Positions 1-15,700 of a stretch of DNA of 64,000 nt are shown one piece after another. Source of the stretch: Antedon mediterranea. Lineage: Eukaryota > Animalia > Echinodermata. Made by a program: the position numbers and the translations under genes. The stretch covers positions 17,777,432-17,841,431 of the forward strand of contig NC_092679.1 in the NCBI RefSeq assembly GCF_964355755.1, written 5' to 3'. The notes below the pieces were generated by a model that saw only the letters and a program-made list of their open reading frames with translations, had not been told where the DNA came from and did no database searches. Every line of letters begins with the position of its first letter. Position 1 is the first letter of the stretch.

Positions 1-702
1 TTGTTCTGTATCCAAAAAGATCGAGATTTTTTTTTTATCAAATGAGTTAGTTATATAGTTACTATAAATTTAGTATGGTTTTTTCCATATCTCTCTAATT
101 ATGTCTTGCTTGTGTGTTGGACGGCCATAAAGCAATGATATGAGCTTTCCTCTTTAAAAAAAAGACTAATAAGAACCTGTAAATATTTATTTTTATGTTA
201 ATGAGAAAATGCATTTTTTTTAAATTAAAACATATTTCTACTAAAACCGTACACACTATTCTTTGCAGGTTGATACCATTACTTGGTATTATTTAGAATT
301 CCCAGGGTAGTAAAATATCTATGGGGTGATCCATTGAGATTAAACTTGATGGATCTTTAACCCCTTCATTACTTCCAGGCTTAAAATATAAGAAATTCAC
401 AATTGAGAAGTAGCATAAACTATAACAAATTTTACAAAAGAATTGTGCACAATTTTACAATGATTTTGGGACATTTTTATGTCAAATCACCATATAAAAT
501 TTGACGAACATGATGTTTAAAAGGTCCTTCGGGGTGGGGGAATGACCCTCAAGTTTTCCACTCAGCAAAATTTCAGCCTAGCACCCATCCAAAAAATATT
601 AGGATAACTAAAACTTTTAGATTCACCCACCTGTACGATTATGATACCTACGGCCGGCCGCTAGATGTTTTATTGATGGTATTTGATATTTTTATCTTAC
701 AG

Positions 703-3700
703 AGATCTTGTCAACCCAGGCTTCGGCTCAAAAGGTGAAAGAGATGCGTAATGAACTTGCACAAGAGAAGCAGCAAACAATGAAATCAGACATGGATCAC
801 AAAACCAGGATATCTTCATTGGAAAAGGACATACAGGCATTACATCTACGAATGTCACAGGTGCATATTCAAATTTATTCAAATATTGCTAGATGTTTTG
901 CATACACTGTACACATTTAATAGTAAAATGAAATTATCGAAACCATGCTTATTTTGAAACATGATGTCATCTGTCAAACATACGAAATTATATTTAAATA
1001 TATGAAAACAAATAGTGTCTGGTGAGATTTGACATCTTTGACCTGCCTTCTTCCGAACCCTCATGCTGAGCCTACTTCCTGCAAGCACTGGTCACTTCTA
1101 AAAAATGATATTAATTGCCTTCACTTTCATGTTCTCTATAAATAGCAATAAAAAACAATTTTAATAACTAGGCTAAATTTACACTGTAAAATCCTTTCAT
1201 TTTTGTAGCTTTTTGATGTTTTTTACAACATTGTTAGTGAGATAAAATTGAGAATTTAGTTCCCCATGACCATGAGGTATATTTTTATATAATTATAGTG
1301 GAGCTGTACCTTAGTGGTTCACATGCTTACCTTACAATCCCAAGGTTCAGACTCTTTCTACTCTCCAACTCCAGTAATACTTAGTTTATAACTATGATTA
1401 TAAGTTTTAGTTTATGCTTGCTGTCATTTTCTGATTCGTTTAACACGAATAGCTATTTGCTTTGGTGTTGTTTTTGTGTAAAATTTACCAAAATTAAAAT
1501 AGGTTTTATAATCTTATAAATAATGGAGAGACATGCCCTTTGGCGATAGTTGTCTTTGACAGCTCTTGTCTCTCCTCAGTTCTCCCATTTTATGTTTCAC
1601 TGAAGAAAAGAATAAATAAATATTGTTGTATTGGTGGCGCATACAAGATTGATTTATATAGAAACATGTTTGTTATTTCTATATAGACTCACGAGCAGCA
1701 TTCTAAAGAGGGCGCCAGTTACCAATTGAAGATCAAACAATTACAGGCTATGGTTGATGAGAGCAACTCCGGAGTGATCCAGAAACTGAGAGAAGAAAAC
1801 AACATGCTAAAGACGGAGGCCAACAGAAGTGTTGCAAAGTAAGACAAAAAAGATAAAATGCATCTTTTTAATAACCATTATTCTATTGATGGCATAACAA
1901 AGACAATAGACATTCATGTTTCATATGTTTATCTAAATTCAGAATTAACATACAGTATACTGTAGACACACCCATAAATAAGGCTAAATAAAAGTTTGAA
2001 TGTATATGTGTATATGTATACTATCAGTCTGATCCCCATCTAAAATTAAATAACAAACAACATGAAAATGCCAATCAAACTTTAAGTGAGATATTTCTCC
2101 TAAATATTATGTATTTCAATTAACTTTAATTTACAGCCACAGGATTATAGCCTGGACATAATTTGAATTCCCACTTGCAGTAAAAAATTACTTATCATCT
2201 AAATAAATACTAATACTTATTGCATATTATTGTATTAAATTACAACTAAAACTTGATACAATCTATGCATGTAAATGATTTCTAAGTAGGCAGAATTATC
2301 ATAATATTAGACAGCAATTTTGTTGGTAAAAGTCTAGTCAGCACATGCTAAGCTCAAAATGGCTTTGCCTAGACTTGATTAATGTCTAGACCTAGTGGAC
2401 AAATGATTGCTCTCATTACTAGGAAGTTGCTGTCAGAACATGCTGAGCACATTAGTGTTGGCCTAGCCAGCGGCAAAATCATCTTTTTTTTTTAACCCGA
2501 CATATATGACACATCAGCTCGTTAAAAAAAAATTAAAATTCATAACAAAACCATACATCCTCTTTCAATTCCAAAATAACCATGTGCTACGTACCTCATG
2601 AGTCACCATCAGTTTTCTTTTTTTTTTATTAACAGAAGATCTAAATAACTAAATAATTTCAGATCAAATAAAACAGGGATAACTTTATTTTGAGTTATAT
2701 TTGTTTCACTTTTTATTAATTCAATTATTTTATTTTTTATTAATTGAACATTTTTATTTATAAATATTTGAATACTAAATTGAAATGATTTTAATCTGTA
2801 CTGTTACAGTTTGAAATCTCTACCTACTAGTTCGATAAAGAGGTTATTAATTTAATGTTCAGACCACAATTTTTGTCAAAAGACTTCCTTGTGATGTTAG
2901 GATTATGAGTCATACATATCTTTTTACAAAATAATTACATTGTAGTAAATCTTAGTTTGCTTTCGAATTCTTTGTGTTTCTGAAATGTAAAATTGTTTAT
3001 TGGGGTTCTTTTTTTTAATGTGTATTGTCATATAATATCTATACTGTAAGAGAAAAGGAGAGTTTGTACATTGTTTTTATACAAATTGTTGCTTCAGGAA
3101 TATTGCATGCAAAGTTTTAAATCACATTTGAACATAAGGGATTTGGTAATCTCAACATATTGAATGATTTTTCCTGCATTTGCAACTAATAATTAATTTT
3201 TTTTTTTTAACCACAAAAAAAAAAATGAATTCAAATTCAACAAACATTTATTTCATCAAATGCCATACAACTAATGCAATGCATAAAATGAGGACCAACT
3301 TAACTTGTCTCAGTTGGCCCTTAAACATGGTTACAAAAAATAAAGAGCAAGTGAGAATATGAAGCATTAGTAATGATATAATAAACAACTTGAAATTATA
3401 TAAAAATGTGCTTTTTCTAGGAAAGAACAGTTGATGGGAAATGAGCTAGCTCGCCTGCAGGCTGAGAACAGTAAGCTTCAATCGCAGTTGTCTGGGAACA
3501 AAGACCATAGCCGCAAGACTGACGACCTTCGACACAACTACGAGAGCCGAATTGGACAACTAGAACAACAGTTGCAACAAGTACAAGTTAACCATGTATG
3601 TTTTTCCTTTATTTAATAAAAATGCATTTAACACTGTCTACACTATCAAACTTTATATGACAAAAAAATGTGATGTGCCCATGTGGACACGATGACATCA

Positions 3701-6700
3701 TATCACTACCATATTTGGGCACATCACACTTTTTTGATAGTGTAGACAGAGCTTTAGACAATAACCTTCATTCATGTCTTGTTTAGAACGAAAAGGAGAA
3801 TATGCTAAGCAAGAGGCTAGAAGAGATGAGCTCAGAACTGCGTACAGCAGATGATCAGAAGTCCACCCTTGCTAGAGAACTTGAGGCAGCCCAGAAATCT
3901 GCCAAAATGGCTGCTACGGAGGCCGATAAAACTAAAAAGCAGTTTCAAGAATTACAAAAAAGCAATAGCGGCGAGTCAGAGGCTTACACCAATTTGGAGA
4001 GCAAGTTAAAGGTTCGTTTTTCATATTAATTATGTAAAAATTACCTGAAAAATCTATGTGCTTTTCAGTACCTGTACTGTAGTAAATACAATTATTCTGG
4101 AAGTTCAAAACAGTACAAAATGTCTTTATTATCTGAGAAATTACATTGCTGATGGAAGTCACAGAAAAGATACATTTTTAAACTAAAAAATGTAATGTGC
4201 CCATATATACACGTTGATGTCATATCACTACCATACTACTAGTTTGATAGTGTGGATGGAGCTTAACATGCATTTTTTGTCAAAATAAATTAACAACAAA
4301 TTCTATTCTCATCTATACAAGTTTATCTATCTCTGTATTGCAAGCGATCAACCATAATTTGTGTTAATATATATTAGACCAAACAAAGTTGGGTTGATTA
4401 TGAGAAAAGGATCATGTCCCAATAATTGTTGTGGATTTGCTTTGAAAATAAAATTAATTGATAAGATGGGACATTCTTTAGGTAGTTCTTCGTGAGAAAG
4501 CAGACTTGGATGCTAGGCTGGGCAATGTGCAGGCCCACTTTGCCCAGGAGGAGCGCAAGTTCACAGAGACGCTAAAGCGTCTTAAGGTCTGTCTTCAAAT
4601 GGCTGTTGTTGTCACAATGCTTTGTTTAGTAGCTTTATGTGGTGTTTTGCTGTTCTAAGTACAAAAAAAATATGTGTTACGTTTTTATTTTTTTTTTAGA
4701 CTTTCATTTGCAGGAAATGCTTATCAAAATTCTTCATAAAAAAATATTCATAACTTTGGCTGTTGTATTTTTATTTTAAACTCTACCTACACTACTATAT
4801 GGTTGGTTGGAATATAACACACATTCATTGAATATGTTCTTTACTGACCCACCTGGGATAAAACCCACCCATTCCCATGTTTGGATTATCTACAAAATTG
4901 TACAATAAAAGAAGAATGACTGTGTGTGGTGCTTAATAAATATTTCTTTGTTTTGTATCGTTAAAAGTTTGTTAAACTACCTAAACTACCACTAATCCAT
5001 GCTACAGTATGTTTCTATGAAGGAATCCACTTCAATTTGCTCTGTACAGCAATATTATACTGTTTATAACACAAAATATATGTTGTCCTCTGTACAGCCT
5101 AGATATTGCAATAGCAATTTTGGATCACCAGTTTTAGCCAGAATCCCGGTATAATTAATTTTTTTATTGCCTTGTAAAGAATGATTGATGATTCCTAATA
5201 ATCAATATAAAAAATATTAAATTACATTACAGAGTATTAAAATGTCACAAAATTAAGAATTTTATAAATCCAGGATATGATTATTATTATTATAAAATAG
5301 TTTTTGAAGCTGATATTCTTCATGTAAACATTGACGCTTAATTCAAATTTATTTTCTATAATTTCTTTGCAAACCACTCTTTTGTTTTTAATGTTTTAAT
5401 TTGGTAAGTTTATTCTATATTTCTTTTTATTTTCAGTTTTAATTTCAGTTATTCATCCATTTATCTTTATCATTCTAGTTTAGTGTCTATTGCAGGCTTT
5501 CACTCAATCAGAGGTTCCTCCAATTATAGGCCCCAACCAATTTTCAAGATTTTCCCAAAATGCTCCCTTATTTGGCTTCTCCAATCAAAAACTTTAATTT
5601 GCTATCACTTCTGTGACCTGGATGTGCGACCTGGATAGGCAAAAATATTTTATGACCGCTATCGAGTCGGTCAATACTGCATAAGCAGTGTGTCGTGAAA
5701 ACGAAAAGGTAGCTATAGGCCTATGAAATTCTGGTCCTGTTAATACTAATACCGTAATTCTTAATTATTTACTACATTTTATATACATTTTTATACAGTT
5801 TTTGCAGTAGATTGGAATTAAATACTGAATAAATTGCTTTAAATTCCATGCAAGCTACACATTGCTGTAGTTATTTTTCTTCTTTGCTTGCTTTCTTTTT
5901 GCTATTCTTGTCTTCTCGTTGTACCTGGGTATTATCGCATCATTATGATACTACGAAAGTAAATCCTTTCATTGCCATGTGGATTTTGTCACTTAGCATG
6001 GATTTATTTCTTGCCTTTTTATTTGATTTCCTTGCAGTTATTTATGCTTACTATTGCTATCATGGTGGCTCGATTATTTTACATGTGCATGTGTGTATTT
6101 TATTTTTCATTTGTGGTTATTATGATGCAACTACTGGTGTATTGTTGAATTGCAAAATTAATTGTCAGTGAATATATATTAAATATATATTTATTTAATA
6201 TACTATACATAATATTGTTAAAACATTGTTGAATTTGTATTTGCACGGATCCAGGGAAGAACAACCTCAGTGGTTAAATAAAGTTGTAAAGAAAATAATG
6301 TATTTCAAATTTAGCTCAGTATCGCTAGTAAATCAATCAATTTTTTTTAAATTAAAAATGACTAATCACCTGATGTTTAGCAGATCAGTTTGTTGTTTTG
6401 TTTTTTTTTAATATAAAAATGATTTTGTATTCAGGTACATTTTTAATTTTATTTATTTCATTTTACTTTTATTTTGGAAACGGACGTCCATAGTTACAAA
6501 ATCAATTGCATAGATAAGTTTAAATAAAAAAGGAAAAAAAAAAAGACACCAGTATCAGATCATCTCAGGATCTCCCATTATTTTGTTATGGAGCCTGGAT
6601 TATTCAAATGATGATGCTATAATACATTTCATTTTTGTATTATTCAAACTATTATATTTTAACAATTTTTTTTCATTTATTCTTATGCATTATTTTAATC

Positions 6701-9700
6701 AAGGTAATTGTTATTGTTTAATTTTGTAATCATAAAATATTGACTGTTTCTATTTTATTTAATAGGATGCAAATGAACAGAATGATGAACTGAAAGACAA
6801 ATTGAAATCTTCAGCGGATCAGTTAAATAGCCGAGAGAAATCCACTATTGAAAAAGAGAAACAAATACAGGTAATATAAAAAAAACAACAATTTTGTTAG
6901 TTAGTTAAATTGCCCTTTTTTAATACACATCCAACAGCCAGAAACTTACCAATTACAGGATGGGTAAACTATTTTATAATTTATCGTGCTTATAGACGAA
7001 GTATTTTTTTAGGTTTAGTGAGTGGAGTATAAAGAGTGGTGAGTTACATCCCTGACACAAGGTCAGGATTGAACCCTTGACATCAAGATTGGAAAGAAAG
7101 CATGTTAACCATACAGAATAGAAATGTTAGAAATATCTGAAATAACTTATTCTTTTATTTTCAGGATCAAAAAAATCAAATTAGTTCATTGAATAGCCAA
7201 GTTTCAGAGCTTAAGAAGAGCTTAGCAAACAAAACAGAATCTGACAGTGCCATTAATGGACAGGTCAAAGAGACAGAGTCATTGTAAGTTTTTACCTTTA
7301 ACCGTTCATGTCTCTGTATAGCATTTAAGACTCCTTTTACACTGCTTTTAAGCTATGTAAAACATACATATATTGCATATGTGGATGTACGTACAAGTTT
7401 GATTCATGTTCAGGGTCACTGAATTGATAACGGAACTTAACCTCAACAGGTTAAATGTTACCATAATTTAAGCACTCCGAAACTGAGCAAAATACTGCGA
7501 AGTGCACCTATATTGAAGATAAAGATAACTCAAGATTTAATTGGCTTTCTTAAATAAAAACATACAACTTTGTTTGTATCCATCCAAAATTTAAAACTCA
7601 TGTCCTCACCCATGGTGTTCAATATTCTGTATTGTAGAAAAAGTTTCTTGAATACACAAAACAATGCAGGTCTTTAGAATATTTTTTTGATATTAAATTC
7701 TGGTTGAGAGTAGAACCTGACGGATTCAGAATTCAACGAACACCATTTGATGATAATTTTACTTTATTTGCAGATTAAAAGAAAAAGAATCAATAATTAC
7801 TGATCTTCAAGAAAAAGTTGGTTCCAGTCAATCCGAACTTGAAAAGCTTAAGGCAGAGGTAGATAAGCAGAAGAAAAAAAATGATGTAAGTAATATATAT
7901 TTAATTTTGTTAACATGAAGGCAAATAATGAATTTTGTTAACATGAAGGCAAATAAAAAATCATAAAAAATGAAGGGCTTTTGAATACGTTTACTGTACT
8001 GACTGAAGTAAAGCCATTCCCATTTAACATGAAATATAGCCAAGACAACCCATTTACAATCACCTCACTAAACTCATAGCCAGCCTGAATCTCCGTCAAT
8101 CAATGTTCTCGTTATTTTATGTTGTTTAAAGCTCTGTCTACACTATCAAACTAGTTTGACAAAAAAGGTGTGATGTGCCCAAATATGGTAGTGATATGAT
8201 GTCATCGTGTCCATATATCGGCACATCACATTTTCACTTAATGTTTGATAGTTTTAGACAGAACTTAATGTTGTTATAATTGTCATCATTATTAACAAAC
8301 ATGAATAAGTATATATTATTAGTACTTTTAATAATAGTTTAATTATTGGTATGTATGAAAGGGTGTACAATACAAACAGTTTTAGTAGGAAACAATCGCC
8401 CTTTCTTCTGTATTCTATGCCTAGGCCCTACGAGATAAAAACTGGAAGGCAATGAATGCCATCTCAGCTTCAGAAAAAGCCTGCGAGGAGAAAGTGTCCC
8501 AGGGACTAAAGGATCTTAAGGTAGCTTGTAACATTGTTAATATTGAAAAATGTTATGTAAATTTTGTGGCATGTTGGGTGGAGTAATGTTTTTATTATAT
8601 TTATGAATATCATAATTATTGCACAAGGTTCATAAGTAACAATGTTCTTAATGTTTATTTACTATTATTACTATAAAGATTTTCGTTGATTTCTTCTCAA
8701 TTTGCATTTAGATTTTTGTTTTTAATTTTCTGTTCATGGGAAAATATCATTACCACATATAAAAAAAATCTCTGAATTTCACAATCCATGTGCCGTATTT
8801 CAAATTTGTTAGAAAGTCAACGAGCAGAAAGATTACACATTTTATTTTGTTATACAAGTGTCATTTTTACACCTCAACTTGAACTGCGAGGCTGCGAAAT
8901 TTTCCACTTTCTATATGTTACATTTAATGTTGATAAAGTTTGCACAGAGAATCTTGGACATACGTTGTGGCGTATGGATTGTGAAATAGGAGAACAGCAC
9001 TGGTTCATAGCAATTGATAATATTAAACTACAATATATCCTCGAGTATAATCGATTATGATTATATTGCTAGTAGGTCTATCCCATATTTGGGCTTGCCT
9101 GTCACACGCTTTGCTAGTTTGGCTGTAGTGCTCTTTCCAATATTTTTCAATTTGTTATTATATAGTATATAATTTTCTTAATTTTTGGCTGAAAAAATAA
9201 GAGTTTGAATAAACAAATTTGAAAAAGAAGTCTTTTTGCTACAGTATGAATGTTTGTATATAAAAACTGTACTGCAGATGCTATCATAAATAATGTACTG
9301 TAAGTGTGCCACACTTTCCTCCAAGATATTCACAGGAGAGCTATAAACGAGTATTAAAATCACAACTAAATCCATAAGACTCGTTCTAGATTCTATAACG
9401 TTCGTTTCAACACTTTTAATGTTTTCTATATTGCGAATTATTTATTAGCAATAAAGAAAAAATTTATCCAAATATCACACTTTATTTTTTGCTAATGCTT
9501 TTTCTTCCAAGAATTTGACATGCCGGCAGCCCAACTAATTTATAACGTGTCTGATGTTTTGAAATGATACGATACCATTGATATTCTCAGTGGTCTTGTG
9601 TTTACTGGCTATATCATGCTGGGCAACGTTTAATTTAAATGCATATTTTTAATGTTGAAATAGAAATAAGGCTATAGTCCTATTAAATTTGTAAACTGTT

Positions 9701-12700
9701 AAATATTACCCTGTTTTTTAACTTATGAATATAATTTTATTTTATTATAATTACATGTACAGTAGTTGCAGTCATTACATGTTTTTATGTGTTCTCGCTT
9801 TTGGAAGGATGTGTCGATTAATATTAATTTATTTATTAATTGGTGTTTCATATAGTCTGAAAAATAATAATAATTCACTTAATAGTTTAAAATATATTTT
9901 TATTCATAAATACAGTAGAACCTCTATTTTAAAGGGACAATTTTGAAACTAAAAAAGTGTCCCCTTAATAAAGTAGCTGTCTCTCCTGCATATTGGTTGA
10001 CTGTAGTGGTAACAAATATATTTAATGTCATTGCTTATACATGATAAACATTTACATTCTGCTCTTTGATTTCATGGGAAAGTGAAGGATTCTACTGTAG
10101 TTTAACATTTGTTCCAAAGGCATTTCTCTTGCTTAAAGATGTATTGTCCCCCTGAAAAAATAATTTTTTACATTTTTTTGTTGAATATGCCATTTTATTG
10201 TTACATAATAGTTATCCACTTTGACCAAAAATTGAATTGGAAAAAGAATTATTTACCTGAAAAAACTGTAATTTAAAGCAAAATATAGTAAATACTAAAA
10301 TTGGCTACCAGCCAATGGGTTTTTAATTGAATTTGACCTTTTATTTTGTCATTTTATATGAGAAAACATTATTTTTGTTGGTTTTTTTTTCACGGAAGGG
10401 ATTAACTTTATTAAAACTACAAAATAACCTATTCAAAGTCTGATTTATTTTCTTTCAAAACATTTTTCTTCAAGAAATATATTGTTGTATCTAAATTCCT
10501 TACTGTGCTTATTTTTCTTTTTTTTAATTCAAAAATTAATAAACAAACAGTTATTTGGGATAATCCTTTTTTGTTAAAATTTGTACCCAAATCAATTAAT
10601 ATTTAACGTAGTGGCTAAACGTTTACTAACAATTTATCTGTAGTATTTTAAAAAATTGATTTGATTATAAGATATCATCACTCGCATCATTTCTGGTGTT
10701 ATTTTACTTTTTCAGGATCAACTGTCCAGTGCTGTGACAACAGAACAAGCAAGTGCTAGAAACACTCTGAAGAATCTCTTCCCAGATGTAGCAATAGATT
10801 CTAAACTTGTAAGTATGTTTAATCAGAACAATAAAATAAAGTAGTTTTACTTTACTGGTTAAATCTATCTCTGCTAGCTAACTCTTTCACACTGCCTCTG
10901 GATAGTATCCAGAGTCATATATTGATGGTAAGCCCAAAAATAGAATATTTTAACCAGTATTTGCATTGCATTTCCAGTTTTTGATTAGCCTGTCTGTAGA
11001 TTAATTAACCAGTTTGTTTAATAATTAATTAGTCTTCTTGGAAGGAATATAAACCATAGGTCCAGTGTACACAACTAGCTCATGTGTATTTCAAAGAACC
11101 TAGTACATTTTTTGAGACGAGTAAGAGGTACCCTGGTGTACTAGTACATCACAGCCACTGATCATAACTGAGCCCTCTAAGAGAGTCTTTGACTTAAGGG
11201 GTCACCCTGTATAAAAAAAATATTTCAATGATGATGTAATACTATATGTATACAGTAATATATAACTTAAAATAACTAAAAACGGTAAAGTTGAAGAAAT
11301 GAGAAAAATCCACGCCAACCATTATTCAAACTCTTTTGTTTCAATGTTTAGCCTCATTCTGAGTGGCTAACTGCATTTGAACTACAAGCTAAAGATTCAC
11401 TTAGTAACACAGTTGAAGAAAGCAACCAATCAAAAACTGTAAGTTTTTAATATTTTATTGGATTTTATTGGCTTTAAAAGGTCTCCTAAAAGCATGCTCA
11501 CAAGCTAGTGAGTGTTGTGATAGCTTCACAGTGCTGATTGATTCACACATTTGCGTGAAGTCATGCTTCATTGCATTTTATTCTTTTGTAGTAATAATTA
11601 CCTATACCTTAAATCCTTGATCGCACTGGACTTAATTTGATAAAAATCAAATTAACCTAGTTGCCAGTTAAAGTGACTAAGGAAAGTCCAATTCAAACAC
11701 TGGCTACAATTCCCACAGTGGTTAACTATCTGTATATAATTATTTACGTTAAACCAACGTAATGTAAAAAATTGTTTACAGATTAATATTTTTTAACCAG
11801 ATGATTTTTCGAAGACCACAGGATTAAATTAAGTCCAATAGTTACTTTTACCGACCACTGCATGCCCAGTAAAACTTACCATGGTCTCTGTAAAACTAAC
11901 CACGCGGCTGAAAGTTTATGTTAACACATGCGAGTCAATCGTTGTTTTTAACATCAGTTAAATTTTGCGTGAAAATATCCAAGTGTGAACTTTGGTCAAA
12001 TCATCCAATGACATTTGGTTAAGTTACCGTGGTTAAATTTACTATTTTCCAGTGTGAACAAGGCTTTACATGCACCATCCTTAATTATCATTTGTTTTTA
12101 ATTTCTTGCAGATCGATAGTCTTAATATTCAATTATCAACTGCAGCGAATGAAAAGACACAATTAGCTTCTCAGTGTCAACATTATAAGAAAGTCTTAGC
12201 TGATACGGTAAGCATCTTGGTGCACTAGCAAGAGGTTACATAAATTGGGTGTAAGGAATATTGACTGTTAGCCCCACGCAGTACTACATCCAAGCTGCAT
12301 CCAAAATTACGCCTCTACCACAAAAACAAACTATATGAGGCCAAGAATTGTGGACAATCTATAGTTTTTATATTTAATTTATGATTATTTATATAAACTA
12401 AAATGATACAGGTCACAGTTACAGTCATTAGATTTCTGTACCGTCCTAGCATCTAAAGCTCTGTCTAAAGTATCAAACTTTATGTGACCAAAAAATATGA
12501 TGTGCCCATATATAGACATAATGGGCATATCACTATCATATTTGATAGTGTAGACAGAGCTCAAGTTTATTGTTTCACACAATACAATACAATATGATAA
12601 TACAGAAACATAAATTAATAAATACAATTGTGTGAGGAGGAGGACGCATTAAGCCAAGGCTTTAAGTTTGGTCCTCCAGAGCTTTAGTCTCTGTTGTATT

Positions 12701-15700
12701 TATTATTCTTTTGTTTATTTCATGTTTTTCTCATGATGATTTGATTTGCAGTAAGAGATAACAAACATTCATTCTGACACCTTTTTAATTAATTTGAACT
12801 TCAGGAGAAAATTCTAAATCAGCTGCAAGCATCTGTCCAATCAGAAGAGAGTAAATGGCACGAGAAGTTAACTGTTGCTGAAACAGAACTTAATCAGGTA
12901 AGAACACATGAATACTTGACATAATTTACGCCCGTATTCTTAAACCGGACTTTAGTCGTAGTTCGAGCTAAAACTAAAAAAATGACGTCATTTTAATTCA
13001 TAAACCGAATTTTAACTAAATCGCTGACTAATTCAGGCCAACCTCGACTAAATCTAGATGGATTTTGATCGATTTTTTTAGTCCTGGAGGGGGCAGGCTA
13101 AATGGTCGACTAAATGGTTTTTAAACGATGTTTATGAAAAACGTAACAGTCATTGAGTTGTTATATTGGCCAGATATTGAAGAATGAAATATCTATATTT
13201 ATATTAGCTTAATTAAATATACATTGGTATAAGTTATAATAATGAAAATCATCTTTATTTACAACTGTATACAAATTACATTATTTTCTTCGCGCAAGTC
13301 CGACTTGAACTACGTCACGCCATAGCGACAATGACAGATGCGGAAATTCACCACGCCATGGAATGTTTAGGGGGCCTAGCGCTTTCTTGTCACGCTATGA
13401 AGTGCGTGGTTCGTCGCGATCATACTGGGGGTCTAGAAAATATAAAAGTTACCGTACCGCCATGGTTCCTAAATATATTTTAAAGATTTTGTTTGTTGTT
13501 AATCAAAAGTACTTCACTGTTAAATTAATACTGAGCTTGTTCTAATAATTAACGATTAAAATTATTTTTCATGTATAGTCCTGATGCGTAAAAAGTGTTG
13601 TAAGAAAATGGAAAGTGATATCAATGCGCTAAATTTCGTCTGCTCATCAAATACTCTCTTGTCATTGGCCAATGTATAGCCTTTATTACCCAGACGTGTG
13701 CAACTCGACTAAAAGCTCGACTTCATTAAGTCGAACTGCAAACTTCGACTACTTCGTTTTTGAATCAAATTTGAAGTAATAGCTCGAACTAAGACTTTTT
13801 CAAGTCGAACTTCGAACTACGACTAAACTCCGGTTTAAGAATACGGGCGTTAGTTTTTCTTGTTGTGACTGTTAATATATTTAGTTCTGCTTGTTTGTTT
13901 ACAATCTCAATGTTAGATGTTTTTATTTTGTGATATGATAGAATATCAAATTTAAGACCATGGTTTCCAAAAGAAATATATTTTTGCTTATCCCAAAGTG
14001 TTGGTGTTACCTCTGCACCCATACTATTCAATTTATAATATTATTGATACCAAATGTTCTTGTATGGACCTCCTTACCCAGTACACCCAGATGTTCCCAC
14101 ATTTCTACCCCTTCTCTATTGTAAATATGTGGTAGTATTTATTGCATGTACCTAAAAGTAGCATGGATATGGAGTGTTTAAACTATGATGTTAACCTTCT
14201 ATCTTGATTGAAATATATATTTATACTGGGTAACCTCTTCAGTCAGAGACTGGTCTCCCAGAGGGCCCAGTTGGTGATCAGTGGCTGGGATGTACTAATA
14301 CACCGGGGTAACCCCCTACTCGTCTCGAAAGATGTACTAGGTTCTTTAAAGTGCACACAAGCTAGATGTGTACACTGGACCTACGGTTTATAGTCCTTAT
14401 CCGAGAAGACTCGTTCTACCACCAGAACCATGGAGTGAGTGAGGCTAGAACCCATGCCGATGTTATGGCTACGTAATTACGGTTCCACTGTCTTAACCGC
14501 TCGGTCACTCACTCGCACATCTTGACTTACAATCCCTGCAATTTCATTTATGCAAACTTTGTAGAAGTTCTTCTCACAAATTAAATGCCTGTTGATTTAT
14601 GTTAAATTTAAAGCTCTATCAAACTAGTTCGGCAAAAAAAGTGTGCCCAAGTATGGTAGTGGTATGACATCATCCTGTCCATATATGGGCACGTCACATT
14701 TTTTTGTCACATAAAGTTTGATAGTGTAGACAGAGATTAAAGATGTGTGTGCATTTGTGTTTGTACAAAAAGGGATAAATAAGGGTTATCGCAAATTGCA
14801 TGAGCGATGCATAATGGGAAGGGTGTTGGAAGCAATAGCGCAACTACCAGTATATAAAGTTTGTATTATACTGTGGCGCTATTTCTTCCAAACCCTACCC
14901 ATCATGCATTCTGCAATTACGTTTCTCACGAAATCAAGGTATTTGCGATAAACCTTATGATATAAGGTTAATATTATGGCTTGTAATGTGTTGTTAGCAT
15001 GTAGCATGATTGTAATATTCTTACAGACAAAAGCCGAACTTGCCTCATTAACAGACGAGATTGAGACAGCTCAACAGGTAAGGGATAGTAAACAAATACT
15101 ATACAAAAAAATGCATGGATATTTTTAAGATGATCCCATTTGATTTTTAATTGATAACCATAGCACAATTGTATATGTTAGTTAATCATTTTACAGTGAT
15201 GTAGCTACAACAAGAGATCTTTAAATAGTGGTGAGAAATATAATGTTTGCGGCTGCTGTTGTGCTTGTGGAAAATTAGACCTACTCTATAATAATATTTT
15301 TAGAGTGTCTGTGAATAGTGATGTCCAAAGCAAGGGATTCCATTGTATAGAATTTATATTAAATTTGGAGACATATGACATATGTAGTGTGAATTAAAAT
15401 TGTTACATTATTTTATTTATCCATGGTTAAAATTTTCATAAACAGTACTTTGTCGAGGCATTTGTTTTTGGTTGAAAGGATGTTTTTAAAGCTTGAGTCT
15501 TGTTAGTATAGCTGTGTTGTAGAGTAGGTGAAAGTACCCTTTATGTGGGCTAAATAAAAATATTGAATGCCCAATTGTATCCTAATAATTATTGTTATAA
15601 ATCCTCTCGACATTTGTCAAAAAACCATTAATCCACTAAATAGTTGCGTGAACAAGCCGATAAGAACGAACAGTTAAACCAGGGATTGCTATGCGAATTG

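Noticed and set aside
5496-5598. Possible extra RRBP1 exon after TGCAG at 5495
   Set aside because: It runs into an in-frame stop with no convincing donor and no coiled-coil character; probably a repeat remnant.
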